Below, one piece after another: positions 42,766 through 51,940 of a DNA stretch of 64,000 bases; position 1 is the stretch's first letter, and the number at the start of each line of letters is the position of its first letter. Made by a program: the position numbers and the translations under genes. The stretch is from Fimbriimonadales bacterium (GTDB lineage: Bacteria > Armatimonadota > Fimbriimonadia > Fimbriimonadales > GBS-DC), in assembly GCA_026003075.1 (NCBI GenBank), contig BPGO01000003.1, positions 51,066 through 115,065 on the forward strand, written 5' to 3'. The notes beneath the pieces are model-generated. The model did no database searches. It was not told where the DNA came from and saw nothing but the letters and a program-made list of their open reading frames with translations.

Positions 42766-45700
42766 ATGCCCCGTATTTTTGACAACATCGAACAGCGGTT
42801 GGTGAGCGCGCTCAACGAGACGCTTGCGCGTTCCCAGCGCGCCGACTTCTGCGTCGGTTATTTCAACCTGCGCGGTTGGAAAGCCGTCAGTCGCGCAATC
42901 GACGCATGGTCGGGCGCGGAGGAAAATCGCTGTCGCCTGTTGGTTGGAATGCACCAGCCGCCCGACGAGGCGTTCCGCGCGGCGATGCGACTCGGCGAAG
43001 CGCGCCCAATCGATCAGGGGCAGGTGGTACGCCTCAAGCGTCAGATGGCGGAAGAGTTCCGACGCCAGCTTACGATTGGCGCGCCCACTGACGAAGATGA
43101 GACCAGCCTGCGCCAACTCGCCAAGCAACTGCGCGCTCGCAAGCTGGTGGTCAAACTCTTCCTGCGCTACCCCCTGCACGCCAAACTCTATCTGTGCTAT
43201 CGCGACGACCCCAACAGCCCCATCGTCGGCTTTCTGGGCAGCAGCAACCTCACCTTCGCTGGACTGAGCGAGCAAGGCGAACTGAACATCGATGTGTTAG
43301 ACCACGACGCCTGCCAGAAACTCAGCCGCTGGTTCGAAGAGCGCTGGAACGACCGCTGGTGCCTCGACATCACAGACGAACTGGCGCAGATTATCGAGCA
43401 GAGCTGGGCGCGTGAGGAACTGATCCCACCTTACCATATCTACCTCAAGATTGCCTATCACCTGTCGGCGGAGGCGCGTGCTGGGCTAAGCGAATTTCGC
43501 ATCCCGCGCGATTTCAAGGGCAAGCTGCTCGATTTTCAGGAGGCGGCGGTGCGCATCGCGGCGCGCTACCTGCACAAACGCCGCGGCGTGCTGCTGGGCG
43601 ATGTGGTCGGATTAGGCAAAACGCTGATGGCGACCGCCCTCGCGCGCATTTTTGAGGACGACTTCGGCTTCGAAACGCTCATCCTGTGCCCCAAGAACCT
43701 GACCCCAATGTGGGAAGACTACCGCCAGCGGTTCCGCATGCGCGCCACCGTGCTATCCATCACGCGCGTCCAGCAAGAACTGCCCAAACTCCCCCGCTAC
43801 CGACTCGTGATTATCGACGAGAGCCACAACCTGCGCAACCCCGACGGCAAACGCTATCGCGCCATCCGCGACTATATCGAGCGCAACGATAGCTGGTGCA
43901 TCCTGCTCTCCGCCACACCCTACAACAAAACCTACTTAGACCTCGCCGCGCAACTGCGCCTGTTCGTGCCCGAAACGATGGATTTGGGCATACGTCCCGA
44001 GCAGTACCTGAAGATTCACTGCAATAGCAGCGAGGCGGAGTTCCGCAAACGCCACGACTGCCCCGTGCGCTCGCTTGCCGCGTTCGAGAAAAGCTTCTAC
44101 CCCGACGACTGGCGCGAACTGATGCGACTTTTCATGGTGCGCCGCACACGCACTTTCATTCAGCAGCACTACGCCCATGCCGACCCCAAAACGAAGCGCA
44201 AGTATGTGCAGTTCCCCGATGGAACCCGCTCCTATTTCCCCGCGCGGCAGCCCCAGACCGTTAAGTTCGAGGTGGACGCTCAGTATGCCCGCCTCTACGC
44301 GCCCGATGTGGTGCAGACCATCGGCGACCTGCACCTGCCGCGCTACGGCTTGGGCAACTACATCTTGCCCAACGCCCACGCCGACGAGCGCGAGCAGAAA
44401 ATCATCAAAGACCTCTCCCGCGCGGGCAAGCGGCTGATGGGCTTCTGCCGCACGAACCTGTTCAAACGCCTCGAAAGCAGCGGCTATGCCTTTCTGCAGT
44501 CCGTAGAACGCCACATCCTGCGCAACTACCTGTTTTTGCACGCGCTGGAGAACGGTCTGCCCCTGCCCATCGGACCGCAGGACGCCGCGATGCTCGACAG
44601 TCGCCTCTACGACGCCGACCCCGACGACCCCGCGACGCTGGACGACGCCTTCGACCCCGAAGCGGACGCCGACGCGCCTGTGTCAACATCCGCCACGCCC
44701 CTGCGCACCGAAGCCGACTTCCAGCGACGCGCCGCCGAACTCTACACCGACTACCAGCAGCATTTTGCCAACCGATTCCGCTGGCTGCGCCCCGACCTGT
44801 TCGAAGCCGACCTCAAACGCCACCTTCGCGAGGACGCCCACGCCCTGCTGAAACTCCTGCAAACCGCAGGCGAATGGAACCCCAGCGAGGACGCCAAACT
44901 GCACGCACTGCACCAGCTCCTGACAAAAACCCACCCCGACGAGAAAGTGCTGGTCTTCTCGCAGTTCGCCGACACCGTGTACTATCTGGAGCGCGAGCTG
45001 AAACGGATGGGCGTCCAACAGCTCCAAGCCGTGACGGGCGACAGCGAGAACCCTACCAACATCGCGTGGCGGTTCAGCCCGCGCAGCAACGGCAAAACCT
45101 TCGCCCCCCATGAAGAGCTGCGCGTCGTACTCGCTACCGATGTGCTGAGCGAGGGGCAGAACCTGCAGGATTGCCGCATCGTGGTCAACTACGACCTGCC
45201 GTGGGCGATTATCCGCCTGATACAACGGGCAGGGCGCGTGGATCGCATCGGGCAGCAAGCGGACACGATTCTGGTCTACTCGTTCCTGCCTGCCGACGGC
45301 GTGGAAGCGGTCATCCGCCTGCGCGAGCGCGTGTACCAACGCCTGCAGGAAAACGCCGAAGTCGTCGGCGCGGATGAAGCCTTCTTCGAAGGCGAACCCA
45401 ACGCCCAACGCCTGCTCGACCTCTACAACGAAAAAGCGGGCATCCTGGACGAGGAAGACGACGCCGATGTCGACCTCGCCTCCTACGCTTACCAAATCTG
45501 GAAAAACGCCATCGAAGCGAACCCCAAACTCAAGGAGGTTATTCCGAACATGCCGAATGTGGTCTATGCGACGCGCCCCGCCACGCCCGACCTGCCCGAA
45601 GGCGTGCTGGTCTACCTGCACACAGGCGACGAGACCGACGCCCTCGCTTGGCTGAACCTAAACGGCGAGAGCGTGACCGAGTCGCCTTTTGAAATCCTCA

Positions 45701-46137
45701 AAGCCGCCGAATGCGCGCCCGATACGCCCGCCCTGACACGCTTGCCCCAGCACCACACGCTCGTGCAGCGCGGCGTGGAGCAGATTCTGGCGCAAGCCCA
45801 CGACGCAGGCTTGCAACTGGGCAAGCGCACGGGCGTGCGCTATCGCGTCTACGAACGGCTCAAAGCCTACGCCGACTCCGTGCGCAATACCGTGTTCGAT
45901 AACCCCGAACTCCATCGCGCCCTCGAAGAACTCGGCAAGTACCCCTTGCAGGAGACCACCCAGAGCGTGCTGCGCACGCACCTCAACAGCGGCGTCAGCG
46001 ATGAAACTCTCGCCGAACTCGTCTTGAACCTGCGTGAGGAAGGACGGCTCTGCATCATCCACGACGACGCGCGACCCCACGAACCCCAAATCATCTGCTC
46101 GATGGGGCTGCGCCACACGAAGGAGGCAACGCCATGA
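42766..46137 (+). CDS. PLD-family nuclease fused to SF2 (SNF2-like) helicase
   Basis: LHAKLY...GSSNLT..GL..QGELN; DVVGLGKT, IIDESHN, LSATP, QRAGRVDRIGQ. Confidence 0.88.
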   Translation: MPRIFDNIEQRLVSALNETLARSQRADFCVGYFNLRGWKAVSRAIDAWSGAEENRCRLLVGMHQPPDEAFRAAMRLGEARPIDQGQVVRLKRQMAEEFRRQLTIGAPTDEDETSLRQLAKQLRARKLVVKLFLRYPLHAKLYLCYRDDPNSPIVGFLGSSNLTFAGLSEQGELNIDVLDHDACQKLSRWFEERWNDRWCLDITDELAQIIEQSWAREELIPPYHIYLKIAYHLSAEARAGLSEFRIPRDFKGKLLDFQEAAVRIAARYLHKRRGVLLGDVVGLGKTLMATALARIFEDDFGFETLILCPKNLTPMWEDYRQRFRMRATVLSITRVQQELPKLPRYRLVIIDESHNLRNPDGKRYRAIRDYIERNDSWCILLSATPYNKTYLDLAAQLRLFVPETMDLGIRPEQYLKIHCNSSEAEFRKRHDCPVRSLAAFEKSFYPDDWRELMRLFMVRRTRTFIQQHYAHADPKTKRKYVQFPDGTRSYFPARQPQTVKFEVDAQYARLYAPDVVQTIGDLHLPRYGLGNYILPNAHADEREQKIIKDLSRAGKRLMGFCRTNLFKRLESSGYAFLQSVERHILRNYLFLHALENGLPLPIGPQDAAMLDSRLYDADPDDPATLDDAFDPEADADAPVSTSATPLRTEADFQRRAAELYTDYQQHFANRFRWLRPDLFEADLKRHLREDAHALLKLLQTAGEWNPSEDAKLHALHQLLTKTHPDEKVLVFSQFADTVYYLERELKRMGVQQLQAVTGDSENPTNIAWRFSPRSNGKTFAPHEELRVVLATDVLSEGQNLQDCRIVVNYDLPWAIIRLIQRAGRVDRIGQQADTILVYSFLPADGVEAVIRLRERVYQRLQENAEVVGADEAFFEGEPNAQRLLDLYNEKAGILDEEDDADVDLASYAYQIWKNAIEANPKLKEVIPNMPNVVYATRPATPDLPEGVLVYLHTGDETDALAWLNLNGESVTESPFEILKAAECAPDTPALTRLPQHHTLVQRGVEQILAQAHDAGLQLGKRTGVRYRVYERLKAYADSVRNTVFDNPELHRALEELGKYPLQETTQSVLRTHLNSGVSDETLAELVLNLREEGRLCIIHDDARPHEPQIICSMGLRHTKEATP

Positions 46138-49100
46138 ACCGCGAACGCGCACGCCAACTGCTCAAAACATGCGATTTCACGACTCTGTTCATAGAAGAGC
46201 TGGGCTGGGACCACCATCGCCAGAGCCTGAGCGTCGAACTCGACGGTGAAACCTACACACTGAACGCCGTCGCCCAGAAGCGGGGCATGGTCGCCTTCGT
46301 CTGTAGTCCCGACGCGCAGGGCAACCTGCCCGATCACGCCACGCGCGGGCGTATCGAGCGTGAGGTCGCCCAAGCCGCCCACGAACACCTGATTATCTTC
46401 ACCGACGGCGCACGCCAACGCCAGGTGTGGCAGTGGGTTAAGCGCGAACTGGGCAAGCCTCTCCAGCGCCGCGAACACGCCTACTACTCCGCTCAAACCG
46501 GCGAAGCGCTGCTCCAAAAACTCCAGTACCTTGCCATCAGCCTCGAAGAAGAGGAGCAGATTACCCTCACCGATGTCGCCCAGCGCGTGCGCCAAGCCTT
46601 CGATGTGGAGCGCGTCACCAAACGCTTCTACGACCGCTTCAAAACCGAACTCGACGCCTTCAAAAAGTTCCTCAAGGGCATCCCCGACGAGACCCAGCGC
46701 GGCTGGTACGCCTCCGTGATGCTCAATCGCTTGATGTTCCTCTATTTCATCCAGAAGAAACGCTTCCTGAACGATGACCCCGACTACCTGCGCACCCTGC
46801 TGAAACGCAGCCAGCAGCAAGGCAAAGACCGCTACTATCGCGAGTATCTTTGCCCGCTCTTTTTCGAAGCGCTCGCCACGCCCATCAATCAGCGCCCCGC
46901 CGAGCTGCGCCAGAAACTGGGCAACGCCCCCTACCTCGATGGCGGACTGTTCCAAAAACACCCCATCGAGCAGCAACACGGCGACGCCATCAACATCCCC
47001 GACAGCGCATTCGAGCGACTCTACGACTTCTTCGACGCCTACCAGTGGCACTTAGACGAGCGACCCACCCGCGCCGACAACGAAATCAACCCCGATGTGC
47101 TGGGCTACATCTTCGAAAAGTATATCAACCAGAAACAGATGGGCGCGTACTACACTAAAGAGGACATCACAGAGTATATCAGCCAGAACACGATCCTGCC
47201 GCGCCTGCTGGACAAGGCGCGCGAGGGCTGCGCCGTCGCCTTCGAGGAAAACGGCGCGGTCTGGCGACTGCTGCAGGAGAACCCCGACCGCTATATCTAC
47301 GACGCGCTCAAACTCGGCGTCCTCACGGAGAAGGGCGAAGTCATCCCCGAAACCGCGCTGCCCGACTTCGTGCAAATCGGCATGCACGACCCCAACGCCC
47401 GCATGTTCGACGCCCGCTACAACCTGCAGGAAGCCGACTTTCGCAGCCCCGACGGCGAAAAACTCACCCTGCCCACCGAAACCTGGCGCGAATACGCCGA
47501 ACGCCGCGCCCGATGCCTCGAACTGCGCCAAAAACTCGCTCGCGGCGAAGTCCAAACCGTCAACGACCTCATCACCTACAACCTCAACATCCGCCAGTTC
47601 GTGCAGGATGTGATTGAAACCTGCGAGGGACCCGACCTGCTGCGCGCTTTCTGGAACGCCCTGCGCACCCTTACCGTGTTAGACCCCACCGTCGGCTCAG
47701 GCGCGTTCCTCTTCGCCGCGCTCAACATCCTCTACCCCCTCTACGAAGCCTGCCTCGAACGCATGGAAGCCTTCGTCGCCGAAGCCGAACAACTCGGACA
47801 GCCCAACCGCTACCCCGACTTCCGCGACACCCTGCGCGAACTCGAACAGCACCCCAACGCCCGCTACTTCATCATCAAGTCCATCATCGTCAACAACCTC
47901 TACGGCGTGGACATCATGGACGAAGCCGTCGAAATCTGCAAACTGCGCCTGTTCCTCAAACTCGCTGCGCAGGTGGACGACCCCAACCAGATGGAACCCC
48001 TGCCCGATATCGATTTCAACATCCGCGCGGGCAACACCCTCGTCGGCTACGCCCGCATCGAAGATATCGACCGCCTCTGGCAACTGGCAGAAGACCCCCA
48101 GCAACACGCCACAGGGCGACTCAGCTACGAACGCGACCACGAACAGCTCAAGCAGCTCGTGCAAGAGTACGCCCGCATGCTACAGATGTTCCGCGACCAG
48201 CAACTGGGCAAGCCCACGCCCCGCACCATCACCAAAGCCGACCTCGAACGCGCCCGCGCCGAAGTGCAACCCGACTTAGACAAAGACCTGTGGCGACTGT
48301 ACCGCACCGCAGGCAAAATCGGTGAAAAGACCCCCTTCGCCAAGTTCCTGCAAACGCACAAGCCGTTCAACTGGCTCCTGGAGTTCCCCGCCCCAATCGC
48401 CCACGGCGGATTCGATGTCATCATCGGCAACCCGCCCTATGTGGAATACAGCAAAGTGCGCCACGACTACCAAATCCTCGGCTACACCACCGAAAGCTGT
48501 GGAAACCTGTATGCGTATGTGATGGAAGTCAACTCCCGCTTGTGCTACTCGACTGGACGCTCTGGAATGATTGTGCCTCACGCTGCGTTTTGTACCGATA
48601 GAATGGCAGACCTGCAGACACTTGTGCTTGAATCGGGCAGCGTGTGGATATCTACTTATTGTATTCGCCCTGCAAAACTCTTTGTAGGAGTAGACCAAAG
48701 ATTAGGCATCTACCTTCTCGCTCACGGCTCGAAACCGCATCTAAGGCTCTCCAGCCGCTACCACAGGTGGCACGAAACATTTCGACCTTACCTATTCCAG
48801 ACGCTTCAGTACGCTGATATCCGAACTGCGTACTTTCCGAACTCTCTACCCAAAATTGAAACTGAGACCGAGCAACAAATCTGGCGGAAGCTCCAGCCAT
48901 TTACTCCAATGTGCAAAATGTTTGTTGGCAAAGCTGACCATCCTGTTTACTTTCATAATGCGCCACGATACTGGATTCGCGCCATGAACTTCGTACCCTA
49001 CTTCTGGAACGAACGCGACGGTGAGCAGGTTTCGTCACATATCAAATTGCTTGATTTCAGGGGCAACACAGAAGCGTTAGTGGCAACGGCAATTTTGAAT

Positions 49101-49463
49101 AGTACTCTGTTCTACTGGTGGTTTATCATTTTGTCTAACTGCCGTGATTTGGTGATGCGTGAAATCGAGAACCTTCCTGTCGGCTATGAGCGTATGTCTG
49201 CTGAGGTGCGAACTCGTTTGGAGAACCTCGCGGAGCAGCTGATGGACGACTTGCGGCTGCATGCGCAGCGCAAGGAGTGCGTGTATAAAACAACAGGGCG
49301 CGTGGTATACGACGAGTTTTACCCCAAACATTCCAAACCCATCATCGACCAGATAGACCAGGTGCTGGCGAAGCATTACGGCTTCACGGCGGAGGAGCTG
49401 GACTTTATCATCAACTACGACATCAAGTACCGCATGGGGCTTGAGGAGTCGGAGGAGTCGTAG
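46134..49463 (+). CDS. large N6-adenine DNA methyltransferase (Eco57I/type IIG-like)
   Basis: GAYYT, LDPTVGSGAFL (motif I), LYGVDI, FDVIIGNPPY (motif IV); ATGA-coupled to the helicase. Confidence 0.9.
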   Translation: MNRERARQLLKTCDFTTLFIEELGWDHHRQSLSVELDGETYTLNAVAQKRGMVAFVCSPDAQGNLPDHATRGRIEREVAQAAHEHLIIFTDGARQRQVWQWVKRELGKPLQRREHAYYSAQTGEALLQKLQYLAISLEEEEQITLTDVAQRVRQAFDVERVTKRFYDRFKTELDAFKKFLKGIPDETQRGWYASVMLNRLMFLYFIQKKRFLNDDPDYLRTLLKRSQQQGKDRYYREYLCPLFFEALATPINQRPAELRQKLGNAPYLDGGLFQKHPIEQQHGDAINIPDSAFERLYDFFDAYQWHLDERPTRADNEINPDVLGYIFEKYINQKQMGAYYTKEDITEYISQNTILPRLLDKAREGCAVAFEENGAVWRLLQENPDRYIYDALKLGVLTEKGEVIPETALPDFVQIGMHDPNARMFDARYNLQEADFRSPDGEKLTLPTETWREYAERRARCLELRQKLARGEVQTVNDLITYNLNIRQFVQDVIETCEGPDLLRAFWNALRTLTVLDPTVGSGAFLFAALNILYPLYEACLERMEAFVAEAEQLGQPNRYPDFRDTLRELEQHPNARYFIIKSIIVNNLYGVDIMDEAVEICKLRLFLKLAAQVDDPNQMEPLPDIDFNIRAGNTLVGYARIEDIDRLWQLAEDPQQHATGRLSYERDHEQLKQLVQEYARMLQMFRDQQLGKPTPRTITKADLERARAEVQPDLDKDLWRLYRTAGKIGEKTPFAKFLQTHKPFNWLLEFPAPIAHGGFDVIIGNPPYVEYSKVRHDYQILGYTTESCGNLYAYVMEVNSRLCYSTGRSGMIVPHAAFCTDRMADLQTLVLESGSVWISTYCIRPAKLFVGVDQRLGIYLLAHGSKPHLRLSSRYHRWHETFRPYLFQTLQYADIRTAYFPNSLPKIETETEQQIWRKLQPFTPMCKMFVGKADHPVYFHNAPRYWIRAMNFVPYFWNERDGEQVSSHIKLLDFRGNTEALVATAILNSTLFYWWFIILSNCRDLVMREIENLPVGYERMSAEVRTRLENLAEQLMDDLRLHAQRKECVYKTTGRVVYDEFYPKHSKPIIDQIDQVLAKHYGFTAEELDFIINYDIKYRMGLEESEES

Positions 49464-49580
49464 CGTCGGCGTCCTGCCGACGAAGCCAAGCCCTGTAGCG
49501 TCGGCGTCCCGCCGACGGTTCGTCCGCGAGACGCGGACGCTACGACACACGCCCCTTGTAGCGTCGGCGTCCCGCCGACG
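49460..49580. repeat. cluster of four GTAG-type REP palindromes
   Basis: GTAGCGTCGGCGTCC(T/C)GCCGACG at 49460, 49495 and 49558; inverted variant at 49521-49543. Confidence 0.85.
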
Positions 49581-49636
49581 GCGTTCGAACCAAAGTAGGC
49601 TATAATACCGATGACACTCAGGAGGCGCAGAGGACG

Positions 49637-50857
49637 ATGTTCGGACGCTATCGTGCGGTGGGCGCGCTTTTGGGCTTGACGGTGACGGTAATTACGCATG
49701 CGCAATCGCTCACATGGTTAGGCGTGCTGCCAGAAGCGTATGAAAGTGAGGCGATGGGCGTCTCGGCGGATGGAAGCGTTGTGGTCGGAACCTCGCGTAG
49801 CAGCGCGCCGCGCGCGTTTCGCTGGACTCGGAACGGCGGGATGCAAGATTTGGGCACATTAGGCGGCATCCTCGCGCTGGGCACGGCAATCTCGGCGGAT
49901 GGGCAGACCATCGTTGGCTACAGTAGCGACGCGCAGGGACGCCTGCTCGCCTTTCGCTGGCGCAACGGGCAGATGACCTCACTGGGCGCGCTGACGGGCG
50001 TCGTTTGGAGCGAGGCGTATGGCGTCTCTGCCGACGGCTCGGTGATTTCAGGGCACGCATGGGGCTTTGCGAACTTTACGGCGGTACGCTGGAACAACGG
50101 CGTGATTCAGAATCTGGGCACGCTGGGGGGTGCGAACGCCAGTCGTGCGTGGGGCGTATCGGGCGACGGGCGCGTGGTGGTCGGCGCGGCGTTTTTCCCC
50201 AGTCAGGGCTTCCCTGAAGCGCGCGCCGTGCGCTGGACGAACAGCGCGATTCAGCAGCTTGGCGCAGTGCCGGGCTATCGGCGCAGCTGGGCGTTTGCCG
50301 CTTCTTACGACGGCTGCGTGGTGGTGGGCTATGCCTACGCCGATGATGATGTTAGCCCCTCCATCAGCATCCGCTGGGTGAACGGGCAGGCGCAAAATCT
50401 GGGCTGGCTGCCGATGGGCGGCGCGGACGGCAGTATCGCCTACGGCGTCTCAGGCGACGGCTCCATCGTGGTGGGCAACTCCGACGGGCGCGCCTACCGC
50501 TGGACACAGGCGACGGGCATGCAGAACCTGAACACGGTCTACGCCAGCCTGCTTGCGGACGGCTCGCGACTGCACTCGGCGAACGCCATCTCCCCCGACG
50601 GGCGTTTCATCGTCGGGCGTGGCTACAACGCCGCCACAGGACGCACGGAGGCGTTCCTGCTGGACACGGCAACCTGCACAGCGCACAACGGCGATGTGGA
50701 CAACAACGGCTGCATCGACGACGCCGACCTGCTGCAGGTGCTTTTTGCGTTCGGGCAAACAGGGCAGAACCTGGGGCGCGTGGATGTAAACTGCGATAGC
50801 GCAGTAGACGACGCCGACCTGCTGATTGTGCTGTTCAACTTCGGAGGCGGCTGCTGA
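49637..50857 (+). CDS. secreted HAF-repeat protein with C-terminal dockerin-like domain
   Basis: Signal peptide; repeats AxGVSxDGxVVVG...AFRW..MQDLGTLGG; two DVxxxxxxDDADLL repeats. Confidence 0.85.
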   Translation: MFGRYRAVGALLGLTVTVITHAQSLTWLGVLPEAYESEAMGVSADGSVVVGTSRSSAPRAFRWTRNGGMQDLGTLGGILALGTAISADGQTIVGYSSDAQGRLLAFRWRNGQMTSLGALTGVVWSEAYGVSADGSVISGHAWGFANFTAVRWNNGVIQNLGTLGGANASRAWGVSGDGRVVVGAAFFPSQGFPEARAVRWTNSAIQQLGAVPGYRRSWAFAASYDGCVVVGYAYADDDVSPSISIRWVNGQAQNLGWLPMGGADGSIAYGVSGDGSIVVGNSDGRAYRWTQATGMQNLNTVYASLLADGSRLHSANAISPDGRFIVGRGYNAATGRTEAFLLDTATCTAHNGDVDNNGCIDDADLLQVLFAFGQTGQNLGRVDVNCDSAVDDADLLIVLFNFGGGC

Positions 50858-50863
50858 AGGCGC

Positions 50864-51859
50864 TTACTCCATGACCAACACCGCTGCGCCCTGAATCTGC
50901 CCTGCTTTGAGCGCGGCTAACGCCTCGTTCGCTTGCCGTAGTGGGAAGGGGGTGGTGTGTGTTTCTATCGTGAATTGGCGCGCTTTTTCAAAAAACTCCT
51001 CGCCGTCGGCGCGAGTGAGGTTCGCGACGGAACGCACGACGCGCTCGCCCCACAGAATGGCATATGGGAAACTCGGTATGTCGCTCATATGAATCCCACC
51101 GCAGACCACCACACCGCCTTTGTCCACGGCACGCAGGGCAGCAGGAACCAGCTCTCCGGCAGGCGCAAATAAGATAGCCCCGTCCAAAGGCTCTGGGGGC
51201 TTCTGATCCGAGCCACCTGCCCACCACGCGCCCATGTCGCGGGCGTAGTCCTGCGTAGCGTGGTCGCCAGGGCGCGTGAAGGCGAACACACGCATGCCGT
51301 CCCGAATGGCGATTTGTATCAGGATATGCGCCGCTGCGCCGAACCCGTAAATCCCCAGCCGATTGCCCAACATTTCGCGTCGCGCCATGCGATAGGAGCG
51401 ATAGCCAATCAGCCCCGCGCACAGCAGCGGGGCGACCGCGACATCGTCATAAGCGTCGGGGAGCGGAAACACATAACGCGCGTCGGCGACGGTGTACTCC
51501 GCATAGCCGCCATCCAGCGTGTAGCCTGTGAACTGCGCGAATTCACAGAGATTTTCGCGTCCCGCCTCGCAGAACCGACACCGCCCGCAGGTGTGCCCCA
51601 ACCACGGCGCCCCCACCCGCTGCCCCACCCGCAAGCCCTCCACGCCCGCGCCGAGCTCCACCACCTCGCCCACTACCTCGTGCCCCAAAATCAGCGGCAA
51701 CTTGGGATGAGGCAGCTCGCCGTCAAACACATGCAAATCCGTGCGACACACCCCACAAGCACGAACGCGAATCAGCACCTGGTGCTTCCCAGGTTCCGGC
51801 GTCGGCAGCTCCCGCCACTGCAACGGCTGCCCTAACTGCTCTAAGACCATCGCATGCAT
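50864..51859 (-). CDS. zinc-dependent alcohol dehydrogenase
   Basis: CGVCRTDLH, GHE, CGRCRFC...C, GIYGFGAA. Confidence 0.93.
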   Translation of the reverse strand: MHAMVLEQLGQPLQWRELPTPEPGKHQVLIRVRACGVCRTDLHVFDGELPHPKLPLILGHEVVGEVVELGAGVEGLRVGQRVGAPWLGHTCGRCRFCEAGRENLCEFAQFTGYTLDGGYAEYTVADARYVFPLPDAYDDVAVAPLLCAGLIGYRSYRMARREMLGNRLGIYGFGAAAHILIQIAIRDGMRVFAFTRPGDHATQDYARDMGAWWAGGSDQKPPEPLDGAILFAPAGELVPAALRAVDKGGVVVCGGIHMSDIPSFPYAILWGERVVRSVANLTRADGEEFFEKARQFTIETHTTPFPLRQANEALAALKAGQIQGAAVLVME

Positions 51860-51940
51860 CGGACTCTAAAATACCCAAACCCGCTCCCCAAACGAGAGGG
51901 GCTCGCAAGGTATACTCTGGCTGCAAACGGAGGCATTTCT

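Noticed and set aside
49460-49580. CRISPR array
   Set aside because: Units are 23 nt with irregular 3-14-nt gaps, one is inverted, and no cas genes are present; fits REP elements.
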